Part shown: positions 12,503-22,537 of the stretch, piece after piece | How positions within the stretch are numbered: the stretch's first letter is position 1 | Layout: each line of letters opens with the position of its first letter | Source: the human T2T-CHM13v2.0 reference genome, Homo sapiens | Strand: one strand, 5' to 3' | DNA: 64,000 nucleotides | NCBI RefSeq assembly: GCF_009914755.1 | Contig: NC_060938.1 | The notes under the pieces: model-generated | What the model saw: only the letters and a program-made list of their open reading frames with translations | Told to the model about the DNA's origin: nothing | Database searches by the model: none | Position numbers and translations under genes: made by a program

Positions 12503-13333
12503 TTCCTGTCTTCTTATATTAATAAGAAAAATAAAATGAAATAGTGGTAAAGGGTTGGGACGGCAAAAATTTTGGGGGATGGTATGGAGAGATAATGGGT
12601 GATGTTTCTCAGGGCTGCTTCGAGCGGGATTGGGGCGGCGTGGGAACCTTGAATGGGAGAGGTTAAGCTGAAGGAAGATTTTGTGGTAAGGGGTGATATT
12701 GTGGGACTGTTAGAAGAAACATTTGTCATTTAGAATTATTGGTGATGGCCTGGATACGGTTTTATGTGAATTGAAAAACTAAACCGAATAAGAGAAGGAG
12801 AAAAACAGGTATTAAAGGTCTAAGAATTGGGAGGACCCAGGACATCTAATTAGAGAGTGCCTAAGGAGATTCAGCATAGTCCTGCCAGCAAAGATTATGT
12901 ATTTACTTCAAGAGTTGAGAGTGGCAGTTTGGGGATAGCACCAGGAGATATCAGCTGTGATGGCTTGGAGAAACAGTCTAAACCGGCAGTGTAAACAAGA
13001 GCAGGGCACGTATGAGTAGTTGAGAACGGTGAATAGGAGTATGACTAGACAGAAGATAGAAGGGGTGACAAGTTTTTTGGGGCATAGTCCAAGTTGGTCT
13101 GGTGTCTGGAATGAGACTGGGGCTTAATAAAAAGGAGCGTCCATACAGAAGCTCAAATGGGCTGTATCCTGTAGCATTCTGAGGACAGGCGTGAATTCTA
13201 GAAGGGAAAGTGGTAAAAGTATTGTCCAGTCCTTTTTAAGTTGGTGGCTGAGCTTGGTGAGGTGTGTTTTTAAAAGACCATTAGTCTGTTCTACCTTTCC
13301 TGAAGACTGAGGACCGTAAAGGATATAAAGGTT

Positions 13334-13561
13334 TCACTGAATACCAAGAGCCTGAAAAAATGCTTGGCTGATTTGACTAATAAAGGTCAGTCTGCTCTCG
13401 GACTGTATAGAGCTGGGAAGGCCAAACCGAGGAATTATGTCTGACAGAAGGGAAGAAATGACAGCAGTGGCCTTCTCAGACCCTGTAGGAAAGGCCTCTA
13501 CCCATCCAGTGAAAGTGTCTACCCAGACTAAGAGGTATTTTAGTTTTCTGACTCGGGGCAT
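13334..13561 (-). pseudogene. HERV-H integrase fragment
   Basis: 'KYLLVWVDTFTGWVEAFPT...IIPRFGLPSSIQS' integrase core. Confidence 0.9.
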
Positions 13562-13571
13562 GTGAGTAAAG

Positions 13572-14263
13572 TCAATTTGCCAGTCCTAGGCAGGGGCAAA
13601 TCTCTGAGCTTGATGTGTAGGGAAGGGAGGGGGCCTGAATAATCCCTGAGGAGTAGTAGAATAGCAGATGGAACACTGATAAGTTATTTCTTTGAGGATA
13701 GATTTCCACGATGGAAAGGAAATGAGAGGTTCTAAGAGGCGGGCTAGTGGCTGGTACTATAGCATAGCCTGCCTTTGCTGGTGTGTGGCCATTAGGCTTT
13801 GTGGAACTGCCATCAATAAACCAAGTGTGATCAGGGTGCAGAACAGGAAAGAAGGAGATATGGGGAAATGGGGTGAATGTCAGGTGGGTCAGAGAGATAC
13901 AGTCATAGGGGTCAGGTGTGGTATCAGGAATAATGTGGGAGGCTGGATTGAAGTCCGGGCCAGGAACAATGGTAATTGTGGGAGACTTAACAAAGAGTGA
14001 GTACAGCTGAAGGAGCTGGGGAGCAGAAAGTATATGTGTCAGGTGTGAGGAAGAAAATAGATTTTGGAAGTTATGAGAACTGTAGAGAGTGAGTTGAGCA
14101 TAGTTTGTGATTTTAAGGGCCTCTGAAGTATTAGGGTGGCAGCAGCTGCTGCACGGAGACATGATGGCCAGCCTAAAACAGTAAGGTCAAATTGTTTGGA
14201 CAAAAAGGCTACAGGATGCGATCCCAGTCCTTGTGTAAGAATTCTGACTGCACAGCCCTGCAC
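13572..14263 (-). pseudogene. HERV-H RT connection and RNase H fragments
   Basis: 'PVAFLSKQFDLTVLGWPSCLRA' and 'HTWFIDGSS...AGYAIV'. Confidence 0.85.
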
Positions 14264-14520
14264 TTCGGCTGTGGGTAATGAAAAGGGTTAGGATGAGTCA
14301 GGGAGAGCTAGGGTGGGGGCAGTCTCTAAAGCTGTCTTCAAGGAATGGAAAGAGGAGTGGGGAAAGGATTTAGGATCTATGGGGTCAGCTAGGTTTCTTT
14401 CTGTGAGTTTATATAATGGTTTCGTTAGGATGCCAAAACCAGGTATCTAAAGTCGAAAGTATCTAACCATGCCTAGGAAGGAAAGGAGTTGTTTTGTAGA
14501 AGGTTCTGGGGTTTGAGAGA

Positions 14521-15087
14521 TCAGCTGGACATGATTGGCAGGGAGAGCACGTGTGTTTTTATGAGGATTATGCCGAAATAGGTAACAGATGAGGAAGAAA
14601 TTTGGGCTTGACTGAAGTAATGGGGGCTGTCCGTGAAGCTTTGTGGCAGTACAGCCCAGCTAATTTGCTGAGCCTGATGGGTGTCAGGGTCAGTCCAAGT
14701 GAAAGCGAAGAGAGGCTGGGATGAAGGGTGCAAAGGAATAGTAAAGAAAGCATGTGTGAGATCCAGAACAGAATAATGGGTTGTGGAGGGAGGTATTGAG
14801 GATAGGAGAGTATATGGGTTTGGCACCACGGGGTGGATAGGTAAAACAATTTGGTTGATAAGGCGCAGATCCTGAACTAACCCGTAAGGCTTGTCTGGTT
14901 CTAGGACAGGTAAAATGGGGGAATTGTAAGGAGAGTTTATAGGCTTTAAAAGGCCATGCTGTAGCAGGCAAGTGATAACAGGCTTTAATCCTTTTAAAGC
15001 GTGCTGTGGGATGGGATATTGGCATTGAGCGGGGTAAGGGTGATTAGGTTTTAATGAGATGGTAAGGGGTGCATGATTGGTTGCCAA
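14521..15087 (-). pseudogene. HERV-H reverse transcriptase fragment (YxDD deleted)
   Basis: 'SPYNSPILPV...LVQDLRLIN...YSVLDLTHAFF...LPQSFTDSP' then jumps to 'AQISSSSVTYFG'. Confidence 0.9.
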
Positions 15088-15464
15088 GGAGGGAGTAGAG
15101 GTATCTTATACTTGTGGGTTAAGGTAGGGGGATACAAGAGGAGGACACAAAGGAGGCTTTGGATTGGGAAGAAGGGTGGCATGAGATGTAGGTGTAGTCT
15201 AGGAATAGTCAGGGAAGCAGATAATTTAGTTAAAATATCTCGGCCTAATAAGGGAACTGGGCAGGTGGGGATAACTAAAAAGGAGTGCTTAAAAAAGTAT
15301 TGTCTAAGTTGGCACCAGAGTTGGAGAGTTTTAAGAGGTTTAGAAGCCTGGCCGTCAACACCCACAACAGTTATGGAGGCAAGGGAAACAGGCCCTTGAA
15401 AAGAAGGTAATGTGGAGTGGGTAGCCTCCGTATTGATTAAGAAGGGGATGGACTTACCCTCCAC
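15051..15464 (-). pseudogene. HERV-H protease remnant
   Basis: 'FLINTEATHSTL' (degenerate DTGA) and 'PTCPVPLLGRDIL'. Confidence 0.85.
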
Positions 15465-15639
15465 TGTGATAGCTACGCAGAGCGTCTGTGATGGTCCTGT
15501 AGGCTTCCGAGGCGATCAGGCAGTGTCAGTCTTCAGCTGCTAAGCCAAGAAGATCTGGGAAGGAGTCAGTCAGAGAGCCTTGGGTCAGAGTTCCAGGGGC
15601 TCTGGGAGTGGTTGCCAGGTGAGTTGAACAGTCCGATTT

Positions 15640-15855
15640 TCAGTGGGGTCCTGTACAGATGGGATGCGGCTTAGGAGGAATCCCAGGCTGCGGGCATTCC
15701 TTGGCCTGGTGGCCAGATTTCTGGCACTTGTAGCAAGCTCCTGGGGGAGGCAGGCCTGGAGGAACGCCTGGCCACTGTGGTTTAGGCGTTTGGAAGTTCT
15801 TGTGTGCTGGAGATGTGGCTGGGGTTTGTCTCACAGTGGAGGTAAGGAATTGCAA
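15640..15855 (-). pseudogene. HERV-H gag nucleocapsid fragment
   Basis: CCHC zinc knuckle 'CYKCQKSGHQAKEC'. Confidence 0.85.
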
Positions 15856-16844
15856 CTCAGAAATATGTTGCTACTTGGCTGCCTCTACTCTATTATTGTA
15901 CACCTTGAAGGCAAGGTTGATTAAGTCCTGTTGTGGGGTTTGAAGGCCGGAATTTAATTTTTGGAGTTTTATTTAATGTCAGGAGTGGATTGGGTAATAA
16001 AATGTATATTGAGAATAAGACGGCCTTTTGACCTTTTAGGGTCTAGGCTATAAAGCATCTCAGGGTTGCTGCCAAATGAGCCATGAACTGGGCTGGGTTT
16101 TTATATTTGATGAAAAAGAGCCTAAATGCTATCTGATTTGGGATAAAGAAAAAGGAGCATTAACTTTGACTATGCCTTTAGCTCCAGCCACCTTTTTAAG
16201 AGTAAATTGCTGGGCAGGTGGGGGAGGGCTAGTCACAGAACGAAACTGTAAGCTGGACCAGGTGTGAGGAAGGGACGTGATAAAAGGATTATGGGGTGGA
16301 GGAGCGGAGGCTGAGGAAGAATTGGGACCTAGCTCAGCCTGGCAAGGAGGGGAGAGGTCAGATGGGTCTGTAGAAAAGGAAGATTAGAAAGACTCAGCCA
16401 CGCTTGGGTTGGGACTGAGGGGACAGATGGGAGGGAAAGAAGGAAGATTTGGGACGAGTTGCATTGGGAACAGAGACTAGGGAGGGACTGATGTGTAAAA
16501 GAATGCCTGGACGTCAGGCACCTCAGACTGTTTGCCCATTTTACGACAAGAACTATTTAGATGTTGTAGGATGGAAAAATTGAAAGTGCCATTTTCTGGC
16601 TATTTGGAACCACTGTTGAGTTTGTATTGGGGTCAAGCGGCATTGCAGAAGAAAATAAGGCATTTAGGTTTCAGGTCAGGTGTGAGTTAAAGAGGTTTTA
16701 GATTTTTAAGAACACAGGCTAAGGGAGAAGAAGGGGGAATGGAGGGTGGAAGGTTGCCCACAGTGAAGGAGGCAAGTTTAAAGAGAAGAATAGAGACACA
16801 GAGGGAAGGGGTTCAGGGGTTCTTACCCTCCAGAAAAGTGGGAA

Positions 16845-16970
16845 AGGGGTCAGGGTGTGGAAATAAGGGGTTGGGACGCAGAGATAAGAGGTGGGGGAGC
16901 AGAAATAAGGGATCGGGGTGCAGAGATAAGAGGTCAGGGCATGGAAATAAGGGATCGGGGCACAGAGATA
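16845..16970. repeat. ~41-bp tandem repeat of the HERV-H leader (about 3 units)
   Basis: Recurring 'gaaataaggg...cagagataagagg' units. Confidence 0.8.
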
Positions 16971-17072
16971 TTCTTGTATGGCCTGCATAACTGTGAGCCA
17001 AATAAACCTCTTTTTAAATAAATTATTCAGTCTCACTTATTCCTTTATAGCAACACAAAAAGGGACTAAACA
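16971..17072 (+). mobile_element. 3' terminal ~100 bp of an MST-type MaLR LTR
   Basis: 'gcctgcataactgtgagccaaataaacctcttt...ttcctttatagcaacacaaaaagggactaaaca' is the MST 3' end. Confidence 0.8.
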
Positions 17073-17965
17073 CTAGGGGAATTGGCTCACTTGACTATGG
17101 AGGCTGAGAAGTCCTAAGATAAGCCATCTGCAAGCTGGAGAATCATAGAAGTCAGTAGTGTGGCTCAGTCCAAGGTGGAAGGCCCGGGAGCCCTGGGAAG
17201 CCACTGATGCAGGTCCCAGTGTCCAAAGGCAAAAGCACTTAGAGTTGTGAAGTCCAAGAGCAGGTAAAGAAGGGCGTCCCGCTCCAAAAAAGAGAAATAA
17301 TTCACCATTTCTTTCCTTTTTCTTTCCTTTCTTTCCTTTTTTTTCTCCTTCCTTCCTTCCTCTCTTTCTCTCTCTTTCTCTCTTTCTCTTTTTCTTTCTC
17401 TTTCTTTCTCTCTCTCTCTTTCTTTCTTTCCTTCTTTCCTTCTCTTTCTTTCTTTCCTTCTTTCCTTCTTTCTTTCTTTCACTCTGTTGTCCATGCTGGA
17501 GTGCAGTGGCTATACTCATGGATCACTGCAGCCTTGAACTCCTGGGCACAAGCAATCCTTCTACCTCGGCCTCTCAAGTAGTTAGGACTACAGTCATGTG
17601 CCACCACGCCTCGCTAGTTTTATTTTTTGTAGACACAGAGTCTTGCTATGTTTCCCAGGCTGGTCTCAAACTCCCCAGCTCAAGTGATCCTCCCACCTCA
17701 GCCTCCTAAAGTGCTGGGACTACAGGCGTGAGCCACTCTTTCACCTTTTTGTTGCACCCAAACTTCCAGCTGTTTGGATGGTGGCCACCAACATTGAGGG
17801 TGGATTTTCCCCATTCAGTTCACCAATTGACAGGCCAATCTTCCTAGAAAACACCCTCAAGAACACACCTAGAAACGGTTTCACCAGCCATATAGGCATC
17901 CCTTTATGCAGGCAAAAATTCCTCTAGGTATCCCTCTATGCAGACACCTAAATTCGACCATCACA
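17073..17965 (-). mobile_element. MLT2 5' LTR of ERV-L (U5/poly-A end lost, AluJ inserted)
   Basis: Homologous to 7985-8520; minus-strand start TGTGATGGTCGAATTTAGGTGT at 17965. Confidence 0.85.
17310..17737 (-). mobile_element. AluJ with expanded CT/CTTT-rich tail
   Basis: 'cactgcagccttgaactcctggg...gctcaagtgatcctccc'; about 170 bp pyrimidine tract at 17310-17480. Confidence 0.85.
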
Positions 17966-19884
17966 GTAGCCTGTTCACATATTACAAGCTTTTTACAACT
18001 TGCCACAACTTTTGAAATTTTGTTTTGACATTTCTGTATGTAATATAACATACTATATACTATATATTGATGTATGTATTTAATATAAACCTGAAGCCTC
18101 AAAAACTGGAATTAGCCTGAACATTTCTTGCCTTGGGAAGACCCTAAGTAAATTCACCAGACCTATTCTCCAATTTCATGTTTCAAAATTTGGCTGTATG
18201 TTAATTGCTGTGAAGCAAATTTTGACTGTGACATAAAGGTCCTCAGTGTGGGGAATGCACCTGAATTGTCCAGAGTTGGACTGAGTGAAGTTGAACAGAC
18301 CACTGGGAGCTAGCTTTCTTTAATGGGGAGGGCTACAAGGAGTCTGGATAATGTGACCTAATGTGGAGTTTTCATTTCCAATCATCATATCTATGAAATC
18401 TCTCCTAATTGATTGCAGAATCTGAATTCAGAGAGAACACTCAGCTGTCAGTAATTCCTTTTAAGCTCTCTGCAGACCCAAGCACCACTTTTCTCTTTGA
18501 GTGCTCTATTTTCTGTGAGGGGAATAAGGCAGCAGAGGGAGGGAGGGTTAAGTGGCTGGTTTGCATGCGGTGCGGACAGGCAGCTCAATCAGGCTGGCAC
18601 GGGTGTCTTAATCAGAAGCCTGCGGTTCACCGCAGTGGTTGAGTGCTACCTCTTTGCCAATGGCATCTTCTGTTTAGAGACGCTATTGATTGCTCCTCTC
18701 CCCTTCTCTTCTGGGAGAGTTTCCGGCTGCAAGGCGATGTCAGGAAACGGGCAAGGGAAAAGGTTTTTTTTTTTTTCTTTTTCTTTTTTTTTTTTAATGG
18801 TGCCTAAGATTTGGAGCAAGGCTCTAATTTCCCAAGCAGCAGATGTAGTGACACTCAATGCAGACTCTTTAAAACGGTGATGAGTGGGGAGATATGAGAC
18901 AGGAGTGATGAGCCAAGGATGCCAGTAAAAGAGTAGGGGAGAAAGATTCCATGAGTGGATAAGAACTGGCTTCAGTTTAGACAAGAAGACAGCAGGCAGT
19001 GCTCCGAAGGAGGTCAGACTGAGTGCATTAACTCTGCCTGGAAGAAATAGGAAAGAGTGGTTGGTTAAAATACTTTGTATTTTATGGGGAAATGTATGAT
19101 CTAGAAATCAGGCAGAGACCAAAAATATAATGGATCTCTTTGTAGACTCTGGGTGTAAATCAATATTTTTATGTGAGCATTGGTGAGCAAGCAGAACATC
19201 CTTAGAAACTGAGACCCATCACAGAAGAAACTTAAACTATTTTGAACGTGGCATGGAGCTAAAAAATATAGAAATTAATTATTCTTGATTCAGAGTTTGC
19301 AATGAGAATGAAATATTGAATATAATAAGGACATTTTTTCTTCAAGCAAGAGGAGTAATGCCGGGGGAGAGGCACAGTGAGAGGACGATTCAAACCAATT
19401 TGAGATCATAAATGAGGAGATAACAAAATCTTATATATTTAATGGTTATAAATATCAGGAATGATTCTTTATCATCTGATTGCTGTTAAACAGTTCAAAG
19501 GCAAATATATAAAATGAGGCAAATTTGAATTCTAAATGTTATAGTAGAAAGCCTTGAGAGAAATATAGGGGATGTTCAAGACTCAGATATGGCTTCAAAT
19601 TTTGGATCAGCCACATATCGCATTGCTTTGGTTGGAGTCTCATTTTTGTATAGATAATATTGGGACAATATGCACGGTAGCTATTACTCCTCCCACCTAC
19701 CAAGGCTTCATCCAGTTTCTACCTTTCTCTGTCCTGCTCTGCATTGGATACACTGGTCCCTGTGATTGTACCCCCTGGACTCACCTGCTGGCTGACTTCA
19801 GATTGAGATTAGACTATGGAGGTATCAGTAGGGGGAGAGAGAAGTCTAGGTGTTCAGGTGTTTCTTTGTCACTCTGTCCCTTCC

Positions 19885-20172
19885 TTTTTTTTTTTTTTTT
19901 TTGTTGTTGTTGTTGCCCAGGCTGGAGTGCAGTGGCATGATCTCAGCTTACTGCAACCTCTGCCTCCGGGTTCAAAGGATCCTCCTGCCTCAGCCTTCTG
20001 AGTAGCTGGGATTACAGCATGTGCCACCACATCTGGCTAATTTTTGTATTTTTGGTAGAGATGAGGTTTCACCATTTTGGCCAGGCTGGTCTTGAACTCC
20101 CGACCTCAGGTGATCCACCTGCTTTGGCCTCTCAAAGTGTTGGTATTACAGGCATGAGCCATTGCAACTGGC
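19885..20172 (-). mobile_element. AluS
   Basis: Full dimer; 'cctcaggtgatccacc'. Confidence 0.9.
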
Positions 20173-20320
20173 TTTTTTTCTTTTAAGAGATGGGGTCTAA
20201 CTATGTTGCCCATGCTGGACTCCAACTTCTGGACTCAAGTGATTCTCCAACCTCAGCCTCTTGAGTAGGAGTAGCCAGGACACTGGCACACTGGACAGTG
20301 GCACAGGCCACTGTACCTGT
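20173..20320 (-). mobile_element. FLAM/Alu monomer
   Basis: 'agagatggggtctaactatgttgcccatgctgg...ggactcaagtgattctcc'. Confidence 0.7.
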
Positions 20321-20529
20321 TTCCCCTCCCTACTTTAGCAACCACAGCAGCAGCTTTGTTCTGTTCTGATAGATCTCCTGTTGAGTGAAACCTACTCCAT
20401 AGTTGCTATTCTCACTGGGCTCCAGTGACATCATTTTTTCTCCGTGCCCCAAAGCCCCAGGAAGTCAAGTAACAGTATCCCACTGTTGCTAATGTTCTGA
20501 TGTTTGAGTGTCTTATATTTATTGTTTTC

Positions 20530-20898
20530 CTCCTTTCCTCCCTCCTTCCCTCCCTCCCTTCCTTCCTTCCTTCCTTCCTTCCTTCCTTCCTTCCTTCCTT
20601 CCTTCCTTTTTTTTGGGCACGGTCTCACTTTGTTGCCCAGGCTGGAGTGCAGTGGTGTGATCTTGGCTCACTGCAACCTCTGCCTCCCAAGTTCAACTGA
20701 GTCTCGTGCCTCGGCCTCCCTGAGTAGCAGCGACCCCAAGTGCATGCCACCATGCCTGGCTCATTTGTGTATTTTTAGTAGAGATGGGGTTTTGCCATGT
20801 TGGCCAGGCTGGTGTCAAACTCCTGGGCTAAAGTGATCCACCTGTCTTGGCCTGCTAAAGTGCTGGAATTACTTTGGCGTGAACCACCATGCCCAGCC
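20530..20898 (-). mobile_element. AluJ/S with (CCTT)n tail
   Basis: Alu body 20607-20898; CCTT microsatellite 20530-20607. Confidence 0.9.
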
Positions 20899-21108
20899 AT
20901 TGTTTGTTTTCTTAATCTTGTCCACTACACACTCCTTTGAACCATCTGAGACAAATCTTGTTTTCTGTTGGAACCCTGGTTGATACCTAATGCTTGTAGA
21001 GTTTCAAAGAAAATATTGAAAGATCTGCCAGACAAATGCAGAAAGGGGTTTGTACTCAGTTCTTGATACATCCAGCAGGTTTTAGTTGGAGAGGCCTCAA
21101 AAAAAAGG

Positions 21109-21610
21109 TGTGGTGGGCTGAATAATAGGCCTTAAACGATACCCATATCCTAATACCTGGAACCTGTGACTCTTACTACATATGACAAAAAAGATCTGCC
21201 AGATGTGATTAAATCGTAGATCTCAAGATGGCAAGATTATATTGGATTATCTGGGTGAGACTTAAGTGCTATAACAAGTATCCTTATAAGAGGCAGGCAG
21301 AGAAGAGTTTGACACAGAAGAAGAAGGCAACGTGATCACTGAATTAGCATGCTACACACTGGCTTCGAAGATGGAGGAAGGGGCCAAGAGTCAACAAATG
21401 CAAGGAATGCAGATCTAAACTCTGGAAGAGGCAAGGAAATCAGTTCCTCCATAGAGCTCCAGAGGGAGCATGAGCCTCAAGGCACCTTGATTTTTGGCCC
21501 AGTGAAATTGACTTGGACCTCTGACTTACAACACTGTAAGAGATTAGATGTGTGTTGTGTTAAGCCACCACGTTTCTGGTAATTTGCTACAGCAGGCACA
21601 GGACACTCTC
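21109..21610 (+). mobile_element. MLT1D MaLR solo LTR
   Basis: 'tgtggtgggctgaataat...ggcttcgaagatggaggaaggggcca...taagccacc...ggtaatttgctacagcag'. Confidence 0.85.
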
Positions 21611-22500
21611 AGCAAATACCAAGGTTCAGGGCTTAGCTTTCAGGTTGCAGATTTGGAATCCAGCTCTCAGATATCATGTCCCTTTTTTGGGTTACACTCA
21701 TGTGAATCAAGATAGGAGATTGATGCATGAAATTACAATGATGATTCATCAACTTCCAATGAGATGTAGAACTCTCTTGTTGGCTGGAAGACATGTCAAA
21801 CTGACCAGTCCATTTTCTGTCTATTGACAGACAGGCTTAGGAAATAGTTTGTAATCAAGATTCCAGTATACTGATTAATAATTAAAAATAAAATTCTAAC
21901 ATATAGGTGGAAATCTTTAACATTTCCCCAAGCACCTTCTTTTCCACCAGCCAACAGACAAACCTGGAAAGACAAATCACAGCTGAAGGTAGTTTCGAGA
22001 ACACTGACTCTGAACAAGGGCAGTTAGATTAATGCTTTGCTGAATGGCAACAGGATGAGACACCCTGAGACATATCTTTGGGACTGGAGAATGCGAAGTG
22101 CTTTGGCTGGAATCCTATTGTCCACCTTCCCTTTGGGGAAGGACTTGGCAATGTGACCAGGACAGCTGTGCTTATTTGATAAGGATCCCTTTCCCTCGTT
22201 CATGCCTGGATATTCACTGCCAAGTTAATCTCTGCCATTGTTCTTTCTCACATGGTGACTATCCCTATATCCCTTTTTGGGATATGTGGATGCTTTCCTT
22301 CTAAGTAAAAACAAGTCTTGCCAGCAAGGATCCATTTAGTTTCTTTTGGCATTGCATATCTCATTATGTATTGATGTAATAATAAATGGATTATTATATT
22401 TTCCTTCTTAAGTTATAGTTGAGAAATGTACTTTAACATTTTTTCATAAACTGATAAATTTTGTGTCACACAAAGATATATATATTATATATAATCTTTG

Positions 22501-22537
22501 CATCTTGCATAGAGTATGTGCACATAAGTTGTAGTTT
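22501..22537 (+). repeat. 37-bp direct copy of 24490-24526
   Basis: 35/37 identical; this copy is flanked by TA runs. Confidence 0.85.

Larger units (their letters stand above)
12090..16970 (-). mobile_element. HERV-H provirus (deleted RTVL-H type) lacking 5' LTR and PBS
   Basis: LTR7 at 12090-12502, PPT AAGAAGACAGGAA, then env remnant, IN, RNase H, RT, PR, gag and leader repeats; ends abruptly at 16970. Confidence 0.95.
7879..17965 (-). mobile_element. ERV-L provirus (MLT2-type LTRs), internally deleted, with nested HERV-H, MST remnant and AluJ
   Basis: Two homologous MLT2 LTRs (7879-8520 and 17073-17965), PPT at 8521-8540, gag/pol/dUTPase remnants between; flanks attgc / gtagc may be a decayed 5-bp TSD. 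Confidence 0.85.
19670..20987 (+). mobile_element. LTR33-like ERVL LTR split by three Alu-family insertions
   Basis: 'ctttctctgtcctgctctg...gctggctgacttcagattgag'; ends 'ttttctgttggaaccctggttgatac'. Confidence 0.55.

Noticed and set aside
13334-15855. Long HERV-H ORFs as functional Gag/Pro/Pol
   Set aside because: Frameshifted; protease DTG reads NTE and RT lacks YxDD, the usual deleted HERV-H pattern
16845-16970. CRISPR-like repeat array
   Set aside because: Head-to-tail HERV-H leader repeats with no unique spacers or cas genes, in primate DNA
17073-17519. Lys/Glu/Arg-rich ORFs (also 20431-20836 and 58516-58773)
   Set aside because: Translations of purine/pyrimidine microsatellites and Alu sequence
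18409-18984. Overlapping 77-127 aa ORFs
   Set aside because: No recognisable domain, non-ATG starts, and they run through a poly-T tract
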